NCBI GenBank assembly: GCA_013239625.1 | Contig: MU054187.1 | Span: 18,964,711 to 19,028,710 of the forward strand | Origin: Lama guanicoe | Taxonomy: Eukaryota | Length of the DNA: 64,000 nucleotides | Reading direction: 5' to 3' | Shown here: one piece after another, positions 25,239 to 38,769 of the stretch | Numbering within the stretch: the stretch's first letter is position 1 | How the letters are laid out: each line of letters opens with the position of its first letter | Notes under the pieces: generated by a model | The model's input: the letters and a program-made list of their open reading frames with translations, nothing else | Told to the model about the DNA's origin: nothing | Database searches by the model: none | Position numbers and translations under genes: made by a program

Positions 25239-27172
25239 AAATTATGTAGGAAGGGAGCTGGGGTTTCTGTTTTTATTTCTATGTGTTCTGGTGAGAGATG
25301 AAGACGGGATTTCTCTCCTCCCTCTGCCTCTCTCCCACTCTTCTTCCTCTCCTCTTTCTAGTTAAGCAAAACCTATGCAAGGTATTTCTTTACCCATTAA
25401 TTTTTTAAAAGGCCACGCTGTCTTATACACACGTTAATGTATAAAAAGTTAAACTTGGTTCAAATGCAGCATCTCCCCGCTGAATGTGTTTCTCCCAGTA
25501 AGGAAAAGAAAGAGAAGGAAGAGAGAAGGTGGTTAAAGAGGTTTAAGAAAGTGGTAGAAATACCAGCTGGGAGTCTCCACAGGGGTGAAGCCACACATAA
25601 CTCTCGATCAAAGGGAAAACCTCAGGGAAGATGAAAGGGGTGATAATTGTAAGTTGAGAGAGTTTCATAATAGAGGTGAGAATCACAGGCACTTATCTGT
25701 GAAACTGAGGGAGAGTTAAAGTTGGGCAGGGTGGGTGGTGGCCTGGAGGGCGTCCACTGACTAATCTCTTCTGTGGGAATTTTAATTCTTATCAAGTTAT
25801 TTCTATTTTTCCTCTTGGATGTTAAGATCAATCTTTTTTTCAAACAAAAGGGTGTTTTACTGTGCTATTTACTTGTGCTTTTGTCGTTTTAAATGTGGAC
25901 CGTGAGGAGGACAGGGGATGGTTAGCTGAGAGAGGGTAGGTAAGGCTGAATTTGGAGTGTGAAGCCAGGAGGCTGAGCTGGGCGTAAGGTTGTAAAGGTG
26001 ACCTTTAGGAACTCACTGAGCTCAGCTGTGTTCTCACCCTGACCGCGCTTCCTAACGGGATCCAGAGAGGGCCGGCTTCCCAGGAGGGGGAGGTCTATTC
26101 TCGCCCACGGGGGTCGGGGTAGGGGACCTCGTTCTCCCCCAGCCTCACCTGAACAAGGCCACCGAGCAGCAATCATCTCTTCCATCGTTGTCTGAGCTGT
26201 TCCGGGCAGCAGGGCGCCCGGGCACCACCGTTTAGAAAAGGTAGGTGGAGTTGGGCCTGCTGTGAAAAACGTAGGCTCTTTGAGATTTAAAACGTATTTT
26301 TTTCTTCCTGTCTTTGGGTGGATAGATGTTAAAGCCATGTGATAGATGGGGTCCAGGAACAGGAGTTGTTATCAGACAGGGATTCTGCCCCAGGCGCTGA
26401 ACTGATGCTCTGCTCCCTGTTGTTTCTCTTCCCCCCACCTTTGCTTGTAGGTAATTGGATTAAGAATCACTCTGTGGAGGTCTGGACAGACCATTCTAGG
26501 CTTCTCAGGGAGGGAAGAATATTCTGTAAATACAGAGTATGACTTGGCAGGAAAAGAATAATTTTTAAAGCTTAGAAAATTTGGCGGTGTGTGTGTGTGT
26601 GTTTGGGTCCTGAGTTTTATAAAACTAAGTGATGAATGACTTCTAGGCAATGAGGCAGAAAGGCAAGACAGAAGTTTCCAAGTGGCTGCCAATAAATCTA
26701 GAGCGAGGACACTAAATCCAGGTGCCCTTACTGCTTTCTTGCTAAAATTCCCTTAGACTCTTAAAAATTGTTCCTCTATCACTCTGCTTTAATGCGACTC
26801 GGAACAGGGTGGCTGATATATAATTTTTAAATTATTGTGCATATCTACATAGTTGTAGAAGTAACTTTTATGAAATAATATACATTTAAACATTTTGTGG
26901 GAGTGTATATGAAGTCAACTTAGATCTACTTAGATCTGTGTTGGAAAACAGGCCATATTTGTGTGCTAAGATAGAAATTTCTCAGCAAGGTAAATATTTA
27001 AAATATTTAAGGAAATGACGACAATGTCAACATTTTATGAAATATTGAGGTAATTATTGTTGGATGTTGAATATTTAATTTCAAAAGATGTGCATCTACT
27101 CCTCTCTGGTTTAAAACACATCCTAAGCCTTAATTAAAAATCCGTTTTTAGCAGAAGGTTTTGCTGAATATT

Positions 27173-27187
27173 CCACCAGAGGGCAGC
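27173..27187 (+). promoter_or_regulatory. CTCF core motif
   Basis: CCACCAGAGGGCAGC, a close match to the CTCF core consensus, in AT-rich non-repetitive DNA. Confidence 0.65.
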
Positions 27188-28859
27188 ATTTAATAAGAGT
27201 TTGGTAGAAATTGACATTCACTGTGTAATTTATAGTTTTATAGATTTAATTTGGTTTTTAAACAATGATGTTAGAAAGTACTTACCTTGCTTTCATCAGC
27301 AGGACTGAAGTGATGAAGCTATGCATGCTTGGTTTCTACAAGGGGTAAATAATTCTTAAAGCAGCACATCCTAAGTTTGAACAGGGTGTGTTTGTTTTAT
27401 AGTTTTCAAGATGGAAAAGCAATCAAAGGAACTAAAAACAATTTAGGTTGTACTTTACAAGGGCTGGATTGATCCCATTGGCTTTCTAAAAAGGAATTTG
27501 GTTGTTTTAACTCAATCTCCAACACACTGTTTACCCTCCCTGGGAAACCATCCAAATTTGGCCGCATTCCATATGCTAGAAAAAGTTTGGAGCCAGAGCC
27601 AAATGTGGGTTTGACTGAGGTGGCAGAACAGCACGAGGAGAGGTTGCAGGCTGGTTCCCAGGGGCCAGAAGCATCATCGCCACACCCATGGGGCGGTAGT
27701 GATCGGGAGGTGGTATGCCTGGCTCATACTTGTCAGTCAGTGAAGGCGGTTTCTCTTCTGTTCACTTGCTGTGCAATTTTTTTCCTGTCTTGTGGGGCTG
27801 CTTGACTTACTACAATTTTTAAAATTAAAGAAACACATGCACATGGTAAACAAACAAGATAAGATGGTGCATGATTAAAAATGTCTTTCCAATCCCACAC
27901 ACCAGACCCATTCTCCAGAAGTAACCACCAGCAATGATTTTTTGGCATCTCCTGTAGAAAAAATTCATGCAGAAAGATGCTTATATAGGCATATGTATGT
28001 ATCATACAGATAGGAGCAAGTTATATAGACATTATCTATATCTTGTTTTTTCTGTTCAACAATGCATCTTGGAAATCTTCTGTATCTTATTGCTTGTTTT
28101 TTTCAATTTTATTTCCTCAGTGAGACATACTTCTCAATGGCAGAAGCTTCATTTCCACCCCACCCCACCCCACTTTCTTTTTTGCTTTACAGTGTCAGAG
28201 GGAGTGCTGTCAACATTCTAGGTGTTTAATAGCCATTCTGGGATTGATTGGCTGGAGTGTTAGTCTGCTCCTGGTGAGGAAGAAGAAGGAAGGGTTATAA
28301 GCACATTAAGGAATTTGTTTCGTTCATTTCCAAAAAACAAGAACTGGAAAGAGTACGTTGGGTCATCTTGTCTAGTGTTTTTCTCAGCTTCTAACACTTG
28401 ACGTTGACTGCAAAAGCCGTGCATTATTTTGGTCTGGGTGTTGTCCCAGTTCCTTCCCTCTGTTATTCAATAGTGAGTGTGTCTTTGAATTAGCAGGTGT
28501 TCGTAATCTCATTATTACGACTGGATGTTCTGTGATGACGGGGTATTAAGGGATCCTCAGAAGTCAAAGATGACTATTCATATAGGTCTAATGTTTCCAC
28601 GTTATGTAGCACTGATCATGGCCCTGCATCTTAAAGTCTGTGTGTCGGGGTAGTTGAAATCATACGCAGAAAATCTGAGTACTCTTCACCCTCTAGCCTA
28701 TCAGAGCTTTTATAGCTATGTCTAGCTTTTATAACCTTGATTTGAGGAAATTTTTTTTGGTTCCCAAAAGCTGTATGAATTTTATCATTTAGAAATCGTC
28801 ATACCTGGAGACTTGATTGTGGTGTTACCTCTGAATTTTTTTTTTCAAGTCCTTTCATA

Positions 28860-29660
28860 GGGAACTAAAGGATGTTACGCTAAGTGAAATATGTCAAACA
28901 GAGAAAAACAAATACTGTGTGATACAACTTATATGTGGAGTCTAAAACAAAAAAAAATGAACAAACATAATAAAACAGAAACAGCTATAGATACAGAGAA
29001 CAAACAGGGGGTTGCCAGAGAGGAGAGGGTTGCAGGGAGGAAAGAAAGAGATGAGGGAGAGTAAGAGGTACAGACTTCCAGCTGCAAAATCAATGAGCCA
29101 TGGGTATAAAATGTACAGCACGGGGAATGTAGCCAGTAACTAATACCTCTGTATGGTGACAATTGTAATTAGACTTAGGCTGGTGATCACTTTGAAATGA
29201 ATAGACATATTGAATTATTATGTTGTGTAACAGGAACTAACATAGTGGGTTAATTATACTTCAGAAAAACCAAACAAACTTACAGGAAAGAGAGATCAGA
29301 TTTGTGGTTACCAGAGATCGGGGTGTGGGAGGGAGAATTGGATAAAGGCAGTCAAAAGGAACAAACTTCTAGTTATCAGATAAGTAAGTACCAGGGATGT
29401 AACGTACAGCGTGGTGAATACAGTTAACCCTGCTGTCTGTTACATGTGAAAGTTGTTAAGAGAGTAAATCCTAAGAGCTCTCATCACAAAGAAAAATTTT
29501 TTTCTGTGTCTGTAATTTTGTGCCTCTATGAAATGACGGATGTTCACTGAACTTTTTGTGATCGTCATTTCATGCTGTATGTGAGTGAAATCATTATGCA
29601 GGACACCTTGGACTTACAGTGCTGTATGTTCATTCTATCTCGGTCACGCTGGAAGAAAAA
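28860..29660 (+). mobile_element. Old L1 3' end with a composite 3' UTR
   Basis: ctaagtgaaatatgtcaaacagagaaaaacaaatactgt...cttatatgtggagtct; homologous to 8690-9650 in reverse orientation. Confidence 0.85.
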
Positions 29661-30153
29661 ACAAAGGAAAGTATTCCGGTACTGCTTCAAAAATAAAAGT
29701 AAAAATAGGGATCTACAACCATTTTCTACTCAATAAAGATGAAGTGAATCGGAAATGTCTATTTTCTTCTAAGGACCCACGTGTCAGCAAATTGGACTGT
29801 TTCCCGAATGTGCTCCCACTTTCTTGCTTCTGGACTTTTTTCTCCTTATTTGTCCTCAGAAGTTCTACTTATTTCTTAAGGCTTCAGTGCTGCCATTTGC
29901 ATAAGGCCAGCAGACTTAGAGGGTCCTCTGCGTGCCCAGGTGTGTCCATGGACCCGTGGCTCTGGGGAAGACAGCACGGTTAAGGCTCGTTGCCTTCTCT
30001 GAGCAGCCCTGTAGGTGATGGGCACTGTGGCCGCGTGCGCAGTGCTGCAAAGGAGGTTGCAGGTGTGCTCCAGGAGAAGACAGCAGAAGTGGTAAGTTCA
30101 TCCTGGGGATGCCGCTGTGGTTTCACAGAAGTGATGCTTGCGTTGGTTCTTTT

Positions 30154-30339
30154 TCTTTTCTTTTCTTTTCTTTTTTTTATTGAAGTATAATCAGTTTACA
30201 ATGTTGTGTCAATTTCTGGTGCACAGCACAATACTTCAGTCATATAGGAACATCATATATTCGTTTCCATATTCTTCTTCACCATAGGTTACAACAAGAT
30301 ATGGAGTATAGTTCCCTGTGCTACACAGTATAAACTTGT
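30154..30339 (-). mobile_element. 186-bp L1 3'-end insertion with a perfect 19-bp direct repeat
   Basis: tgcttgcgttggttctttt at 30135-30153 and 30340-30358; the body matches the L1 3' UTR at ~5850-6015. Confidence 0.92.
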
Positions 30340-31677
30340 TGCTTGCGTTGGTTCTTTTCAAGGGCTTGAAGGTCTTGGTTGAACAGCTGCAGTCAGTGGA
30401 AGGAGACTCCAGGTCTGAACAAAGGCTGTAGGTGTTTTCTAACAGTGGCGTGTGGGAGAATGACAAACCGTCTGTGTCTAGAGGGTCAGGTGTGTGGAAG
30501 AGGCTGGAGACAGACCATGTCTAGATTCTGAAGAGCTCTGATTGTCATGCTCAGGAATTTGGGATGGAAACCATGGGAGAATCTCATGTAGGGCATAACT
30601 GGATGGATGAAGATTGTGTTAATCAAAACAGGGAACATAAGGTGTCCAGGGAGAGGAGAGAATTGTGTGGGTGGGTCTTGTATATACCGAGCTTAGGGTG
30701 CATCAGGGACTTTTCACTGGTGATTTCTGATAAGAATTTGGGAGCTCAAGAAAGGGGATGTTCGAGTGAAAGATTAACAAAGCATTTTCTTCTTCTTTAT
30801 TAAAAAAATGACCTTGGGTTAACTTTCTACCTCTGCTTGCCTGGAAACCTGACAGAAGTGAATGCTAGCTGTGTTACCAGGCAACGCTGCTTATGGCAAG
30901 AATGACCCACAAACGGGAAGCTGCATGTGGACTGGCAGGTCTGTGAGTGAAGAGAACTGCCCTGTGAGAAGGTACAGGTCTGGGCTTCCTGAAGTAGCAA
31001 GGCTTTGCCCTCCCCGGGCCTGGGGAACTCTGGCTCTGGGACTGTTACCATAGAAGTGCTTCCCGATGTTTGGGACGGCTAAGCCAGGGAGGCTTCTGCA
31101 CCCTCCTGCATGTTCTCAGGCTCTCATCTCTGACCTGTTGGTGCACACCCTCAAAACCAGCCTCCAGTCAGCTTGGAGCATCCCTACTGGTGCGCTGCTC
31201 GCGGCCCCTCATGAACCCGGCACCAGGTGAGGCTTCCTGGGTTCTGTGAGTTCCCCTAGCTGAGCCTAAGACTCCAAAGGATCGACATGGCTAGAAGCGA
31301 ATATTGGATTTACTTATGCATGACAGGAAAAAACGGAATTTCTTTTTTCTGCCCATAAAAGAGAATGTTCTGGCTTTGTGTGACCATTTTCCTCCACTGA
31401 ACGCCAGCAGTGGACCAGGTGTATGTCCTTAGCATCTAGCACAGTCAGTGCTGGTCATTAACAGATGCTCAGTCAGTAATTGTTGCATAACTGATATCAG
31501 TACATATTTATTGATGACTTTCCATATTTCAAGGACTCTGTTAGTTGCCAAGATACAGACACTTTCCTCAAGAACTTCATTTCCTATCAGACAGAAAGTT
31601 ATATTTAAATTCTCAAATTTCCCTCTCTCTCTGCCAACCAATCACTTAATTATCATTACCATCCTTCTCATCACATT

Positions 31678-31870
31678 TAGCATTTATTGAGCACATGTTA
31701 TTTGCCAGGAACTGAGTCTGGGCTTTATGCAGATTATCTGAGTCCTCATAACAGCCCTATGAGGTAATTACTAAAAGTATCCCCACTTTACAGATGAGAA
31801 AGCTAAGTCAGTGGAACCAGGATTCAAAATCCAAAGTCTGACTCCAGAGCCCACCTTCTCAGTTACTCTA
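31678..31870 (-). mobile_element. MIR SINE
   Basis: agcatttattgagcac...cctcataacagccctatgaggta...ccccactttacagatgagaaagctaag. Confidence 0.75.
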
Positions 31871-32129
31871 CCCTTCTGCTTTTTGCTGCCATCATCTCAG
31901 TGATATTTAGGTTAAATATGTTTGAGGCATTTATCTGCTTGGGCCATAAAAAGGACAAAACTGCATCTTGTGTATGTCTAGAAGTAAATTAAAGCCAGTT
32001 ACTCTTCAGATGTTTCAGATGTGCAGTGGATTTAGGACTGATGTAGCAAAAATGTCTAGTTCTCATTTGCAAAACTGCTGAGTGAGAAATCACTTAAAAT
32101 CCTAGGGAGGGCTTTAAAAACATACATAA

Positions 32130-32850
32130 AGCAAAAAAAAAACCCACAAAAAAACAACAAAAACAAAAAAACAAATAATCCGATTTAAAAATAGATAAAA
32201 GACCTAGTAGACATTCTTCCAAAGACGATAAACGAGTGACCAACAGGTGTATGAAAAAATGTTCAAATATCATTAACATCAGGGAAATGTGAGTCAAAAC
32301 CACAATGAGATATTACTTCACACCTCAAAAATTTAAAAATAAAACTACCACATTATTCAGCACTCACCACATCTGAGTACATATCTGAAGTAAATGAAAT
32401 CAGTATTTTAGGAGAGATCTGCACTCCTGTGTTCATTGCAGATTTATTTATAATAGCCACGATACAGAAACAACTTAAGTGTCGTGGATGGATGAGTGGA
32501 TAAAGGAGTGGTATGTATATACTATGGGATGTTATTTAGCCGCGAGACGTGATTGAAACTGGAGGGCATTACGCTAGATGAGATAAGCCAGAGAAAGATA
32601 AATACTGGAAGATCTCACTTATGTGTGGAATCTAAAAAGAAGAAGGAGGAGGAGGAGAGGAAGGGGAAGGGAAAGGAGAACTCACAGGAAGGGAATAATA
32701 TGGCTGCCAGGGTCTTACGTAGGGAAATGAGGGGAGATAATACTGTATTGTAGACTTGAAATTCGCTTGAAATTTGCTAAGAGTCAATCTTAAGCATTCT
32801 CACCACATATACGCACATAGAAACAAGGCAAAAACACACATGAACACACA
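32130..32850 (+). mobile_element. Degenerate L1 3' region
   Basis: agacattcttccaaagacgata...atcagggaaatgtgagtcaaaaccacaatgagatatt; peptide KLEGITLDEISQRK. Confidence 0.85.
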
Positions 32851-33789
32851 AAATGTTGGATCTAAAGTTAGAAATTAATGTCTAATATAGTTCAGATGAA
32901 AGCTCAGGCTACAGGACTTTTGGATTTTACTTTACCGTACATGTGCTAGTTTAGTTTTATTCTATACTTGTGGAAATCTCAGATAATTTTATTTTAAACT
33001 TTAATTATGCCTTGAAGAATTTTACAAGTGTTGTTATGGGTTTAACTGTAGTAGAGCGCTCTGCATACTAATACTGAATTTTATTGAGCACAGGGAACTG
33101 GAAAGACTTTAATCTGTCTAATTTGTATTGGTAATGCTTGAAAATGCCTGAAAGATTCTATTTCTCTTTCCTATTTTTGTAACTGACTCCCCCTACCTCC
33201 CCTCCCTTCTTTCACCCTCCTCTGGTTTACTTGGGGAAAGACTGTTTGATCTCCTGCCCTGGCCAGGCCCGCGCATGTACTGCTCCATCACGTTGCTTGG
33301 CTCCTTTGCTCCGGGTTCTGCCTCCACTTCCCCCAACTCCTGTGCGAGGCTGCTGGGGGAGGTGACAGGAAGTTTGAGCCTCTCTTCATATTCCCCTCCC
33401 TAAGTCTCTGCAAGGCTGTGTGCTTTGGTGGGGAGTCTATATGCTACGTTGTCCAAGTGGGAGGCTTTGAGAGTGAAGCAGGGACTATTAGCAATTACAC
33501 CAGAAGATCAGACAGACACAGAGTGGCAGTCCCAGGCAAGCTGAAATGAAGGTCACCTTAGTACAGGAGACATTTACTGAAGGTTTGTGGATAACAGGAG
33601 GGAGACGTAGGGCAAGCAACAACTTAAACTTGATTATCACTCACTCATGGTCTCCTTGAAAGTCTCTCAGAGTTCCTACCCTGGGAGATTCTCAGGAGCT
33701 TTCTGGTTTCCTCAGGCCTCTCCCTGCTGCCCGTGGCTCAGGTTTGGGGAGAGAGGGATTGGTGTGAAGGGTCCTCTTTGCTGCAGGGT

Positions 33790-33955
33790 CCAGTAGGGTA
33801 GCCATGTAGCCACAAGTGGAAATTTAAATTTAAACTAAATAAATGAAAAACTTCAGTTCCCCAGTAATTTCACCACATTTCAAGTGCTCTGTGGCTCCAT
33901 GTGGCTAGTGGCTACCACAGCATGTCCAGGATCTCAGAAAGTCCTGTTCAGCACT
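33790..33955. mobile_element. MER3-like hAT element
   Basis: tagccacaagtggaaatttaaattt...aaaacttcagttcc...ccacatttcaagtgctc...catgtggctagtggctacc. Confidence 0.7.
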
Positions 33956-34014
33956 ATACTCTCCTCAGATTGTCCACTTCCATTCTTAGTTCCAGGTCTT
34001 TCATCCTCCCCGCC

Positions 34015-34016
<2 letters not shown>

Positions 34017-34057
<41 letters not shown>
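34017..34057. repeat. (CA)n microsatellite
   Basis: Direct inspection. Confidence 0.95.
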
Positions 34058-34060
<3 letters not shown>

Positions 34061-35299
34061 CAACTGTGTGGATTCTTCTGTTTATTGTGCAGAAAAATGG
34101 GCCATTCAGGCTTGCCCAAACAGCCTCTTTCTTTTCTACTAAAAAGAACTATCAGAACTCTGAGGTGTTTCCTTCAAAACCAGAGACCTATCTCCCTGGA
34201 GAGGAACGGTCCCTCACTCCTAGAAGGCAGAAGTATCTGCAGTCGGTTCTGGTTTTTCCAAAGTTATGACACTGATTTTCAAATGTGATGTTTGGAAGCC
34301 ACATTCCACATAAAGTTTTATTACTTTATCATTATATGGTGAATAAAGAAGTATAAGACGTTCTAAGTCAAATCCTTTGTTTATTTGGCTATAAAAAGCA
34401 AAGGGAAGAAAATGAAAAAAGAATTACAGCTCAGCCTTTGGCACAGTGTCAACTTTTAAATAGAAAGTATTTGACTTGTCCTGGGGAAGAGTCTGCTCTG
34501 TGTTAAATAATCTTGCCAGATGGCCGTCCAAACAAATGAACTGAAGCAAAACAGGCCAGATTTATGGTTTCACTGCAGTCAAAAATAACTTTTCTATTAT
34601 TAAAAGTGAATAATTTCATGTTAAGGTGTGGTTTACATAACAATTCGGGGTTGTGAGATACGCTGGAAAGCAGCTGTATTGCGGAAGGTGGCGAACACTT
34701 GCCTGAGAAAAGAGGTGCTCATTTTGTCTAGTCAATGCCAAGGGTGTGGGCTTATAATCCAGTTTTTCCAAATGAGCATCAGATTGTCAAAGTTCTAGGG
34801 AATAAGCCTCTGTTCGGAAACATGTATTGCTTGAATTTTGTCACAAAACTTTCTTCCATTACTCCCCCCCTCGAAAAGCTGAAAGGGGAGACACTGCTCT
34901 TTGTGGTTTCTTTCTTGGTAACCCGTTTTTTTTTTCCCCCCAAAGGGAGGATCAGACTCTGTGTGCTGAAACAGCCTTGCAGGTTTATGCTGTTTATTCA
35001 TCTAATAAACTTTTGAGTGCATTTTGATGTCTTTTCCTTCCAGATTGGTTTGGAATTTACTCTTCCATTTCTGCCTTTGGTAGAATAGGTAGACAGAAGC
35101 CAGGAAATTATGTGCAAGGAAAGCGGTGTGCCCAACTCACTACTGGAGATTCTGGTCAACCACCAGCTAAGGGTCATAAACTAAGGCACATGATTTGGGA
35201 AAATAGTACGAAATGATGATGGATATTGAATAGAGATAAACACTTTAGGTACCTAAGACTTAGTTCATGTCTCCCACCTGGCTGTCCTGCATCCTTCCT

Positions 35300-36010
35300 T
35301 TGTATTCATTCATTCATGACCCACTGTATGCTCCGCACTAGAGGAGTAGCAGGGAACAGCAGCACGGCCCCTGCCTTCACCCAGCTCCTGGGCGGTGACT
35401 AAGGGAGACCTCACCTCCAGCAGGAGACCTCTCCTCCTCTCTGAGGAGGTGGTGAAGAGTTAGACAGATGAAGGGGTGGGGGTGGAGGTGGGGGCAGGGA
35501 AAGGGACAGTGAAACGCAGGGGGAGCTCTCTAGGCAGAGGGAAGAACAAGGGCAAAGGCACTGGGGTGGGATTCAGGATGTGCGCAAGGGGCTGGAGGGC
35601 CAGCAGGTGGGGCAGGAGTGCCTTTGAACATGGCCAAAGCGGGAAGGGACTCATATATGTCAGCCTTGGCAGGATCTGGAGATGTATCCTGAGAGCAAAG
35701 TAAGTTGGGTCAAAGTGCATAAAGTAGGAATTATATGATCAGATTTGTGTTTTTAAGAGCTCAGTGGTTTCTGCCAGGAGGATGCATTGAAAGGATGCAA
35801 AAGTGGCCGAGGGAGATCTGCTAGGTACCACTGAGCAAGTAGAGGTGATAGAGGATGGGGGCTTCCACATGGGTAGGAGCAGTGGAAACAGAGTTGAGTA
35901 TATGTATGAGATATTTAGGAGGTAAAGTCCAATGGACTTCATAATAGATTTGCCACGAGGAGTGAAAGAGAAGATGGTGTTGAAGATGACACTGGGCTGG
36001 GAGGAGCACA
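35300..36010 (-). mobile_element. L2 LINE relic
   Basis: (ATTC)n-like end; atgatcagatttgtgtttttaagagctc; gagatatttaggaggtaaagtc. Confidence 0.65.
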
Positions 36011-36800
36011 TCACACAAAGGTGGAGACTGACTGGGGACAGGAGGAGGAATAGTTCCAAAGAGGCCAGAAGGAGAGTGAGGAGCAAAGCTCTGGTGTGGT
36101 CTCACCAGAGGTCCTCTAGGAGTGGGAGGTGGAAGCAGTGCCAAATACATTCAGGGAGATTGCAAAGTCGAGTGGGCTTGTGCCCTGCTCTCTAGAGGAG
36201 GCTGCAGGGAGAGGCCATCATGGCACCAGAGAGGCCATGTAAGGGAGGTAGTGTGGCATGTCAAGGTCTAGGATGGCTTAAGCAGCCTCCAGTCTCCCAG
36301 GACCCCAGGAGAGAGGCAGAAGAGTTGAGACAAGGCCAGGAGGCTGGGAGGGTCCTGGAGGAAGAATGTGGGACGTTATCAGTAGATGAGCTGTGGACTA
36401 GGCCAACTAGACAGCACAGGAGAGTCGGGATGATGAGTCAAGAGTGGATGATGGGATGGTAGAGACAGGAGTCCAGACACCAGATGGAATGAAGTTCTCC
36501 TCAGCAGATGACAGACAGCTCATGACCTTCCGGGACGGGAGACTGTCCACCTCACCAACTCCATGCCTGATTATGGGCAAATGCCCAAAGAAAAAGGAGA
36601 TGGGGGTAACTTGGGATAACTGAGTTTAATCAGGAACAAAAGAGCCTTGAGAAGATTCTAATATTATAACAATTCAGTGACTAATGGTAATCAAATCTGG
36701 AGAATAGCTGGGTTAATCATAAATGAGATTGGGATAGTTAGCTATTTGGGAGGAAAAAGTAGATTTTAATCTTTCCCTGTACCAAATGTTCTAGATAGCA

Positions 36801-36802
36801 AA

Positions 36803-36837
<35 letters not shown>

Positions 36838-36838
36838 A
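36801..36838. repeat. (AAAT)n microsatellite
   Basis: Direct inspection. Confidence 0.95.
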
Positions 36839-37004
36839 ATCTGAAAGAAAGCATAAGGCAGTATTTTCTAATACTTGAATGTGAGGGCCCCTTCTAAGCT
36901 ATAAGTAAGATGTGAAATTTTAAAGAGAAACATTGACATATTTAATGATATAAAGACTTTAAAATTTGCATGCAAAAATATCTCATGACTAAATTTAAAA
37001 TGCA

Positions 37005-37455
37005 CACAAAATGGGTATTAATCAGCCATAAAAAAGAATGAAATAGTGCCATTTTCAGCAACATAGATGGACCTAGAGAACATTATGCTTAGTGAGATAA
37101 ATCAGACAGAGAAAGACAAATACTATATGATATCACTTATGTGTGGAATCTAAAAAATAATACAAATGAATGTATATGCAAAACAGAAATAGACTCACAG
37201 GCATAGAAAACAAACTTGTGGTTACCAAAGGGAAGAGGGAAGAGGGGAGGGACAAATTAGGGGTATGGGATGAGCAAATACAAACCACTTTGTATAAAAT
37301 AGATACACAAAAAGGATACACAGTATAGCACAGGGAATTATACCCATTATTTTGTAATAATGTCTAATGGAATGTAATCTGCAGAAATACTGAATCTCTA
37401 TGCTGTACATTTGAAATTCACACAACATTGTAAATCAGTTATACTTTACTAAAAA
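37005..37455 (+). mobile_element. L1 3' end nested in older L1 debris (~36720-38110)
   Basis: tcagccataaaaaagaatgaaatagtgccatt...tcagacagagaaagacaaatac...tagcacagggaa...acaacattgtaaatcagttatactt. Confidence 0.88.
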
Positions 37456-38289
37456 TGCACGTACATTGGGGAAACTATTATAGCAAATAAGGCAGAAGTT
37501 TACATCTTAACGATTCCTACTAATTCATAAGGAAAGGTTAAGATTTCAAACCATAAATAGGCAAAGGACATGAACTGACATGTTGTAAATGGTTAACATA
37601 AAAAATGTTTAATGTTATTAGCTATATTCAAGAAATATACTATAAGAATTACATGTCTTTTAATGTCTATCAACTTAGGAGAGATTTTAAAAATGATAAT
37701 ACTCATTTCAGTTGAGCATACAGGAAGACATTCATTTTATTGTTGGGATCGTAAATTGAGCCAGATCATTTGGAGAGTAATTTGGCAATCTGTACTAAGG
37801 GTTTAAGGAGTTTAAAATTGGAAATAACCTATGTTTTCCAAATAGGGGAATATTTTAGGAAATCAGTATCTATCTACATGTTGTACGATTATCCAGCCAT
37901 TAAAGTAGAAAATATTTAATGACATTGGAAAATGCATATGCTATAACATTAAGTGGTTAAGAGCAACATGCTGAATTATATATACAGCGTGATCACAGCC
38001 ATGCAAATAAATATGCAAGGAAATAGTTGAAAAAATGTAGCAATCTACCCGTACTTATTTTTGAATGTTGTAGTTATCAGTGATTTTATTTTCTTTCTAC
38101 CTTTCTGCACTTCTGTCATGCAGAAGAATTCTAAGTTGGAAAAACTAGAAAATAATCTTTGTTAGAGGTAAATATGTACTTTTAGCTTTGCTGTAGCTTA
38201 ACTAATGGCTTCTAGTTCTAATGGTTCCAGACGATTTTGTTGGCCAATGCATTTGTCTCAAGCTATTGAAATGGACACTGCTAATGATT

Positions 38290-38500
38290 CAGATGATACT
38301 TTTATGGCCCTCGGTCTGTGTCAGGTGCCATATTAAACTCATTTAGAACTCATCGTACTCATATGAGGTAGGTCATATTATTATCCACATTTTATGGAGC
38401 AGGAAATTAAGGCACAGAGAGGTTAATTAATCTTCCAAAGGTCACATTGCTAGCAAATGGTGGAGCTGGGATTTGAACTCAGGTAGTGTTGCTTCAGTGG
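38290..38500 (-). mobile_element. MIR SINE
   Basis: attattatccacattttatggagcaggaaattaaggcacagagaggttaa...aaggtcacattgctagcaaatggtggagctgggatttgaactcagg. Confidence 0.8.
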
Positions 38501-38769
38501 TCCTACCCTCTACACGCCATCTGGTTATATTTAAGAGAATCAACAACCCTGTCTTTCAGAAAACCAGGCAATAGTAAAACCTTATGAAAACAAACTAACA
38601 CCAGACAACATTAATAAATGTAAAATGACATTCTTGGGTCATGAATCTTACCTATAGAATATGAGAATTAAATTAGACGACCTTTAATACCCCTCGGATA
38701 TAAGTTCTATGACTATATTTACTAGTAAGAAAAATTGACCTTCATTTACTATACTTCATTTACAGTTAT

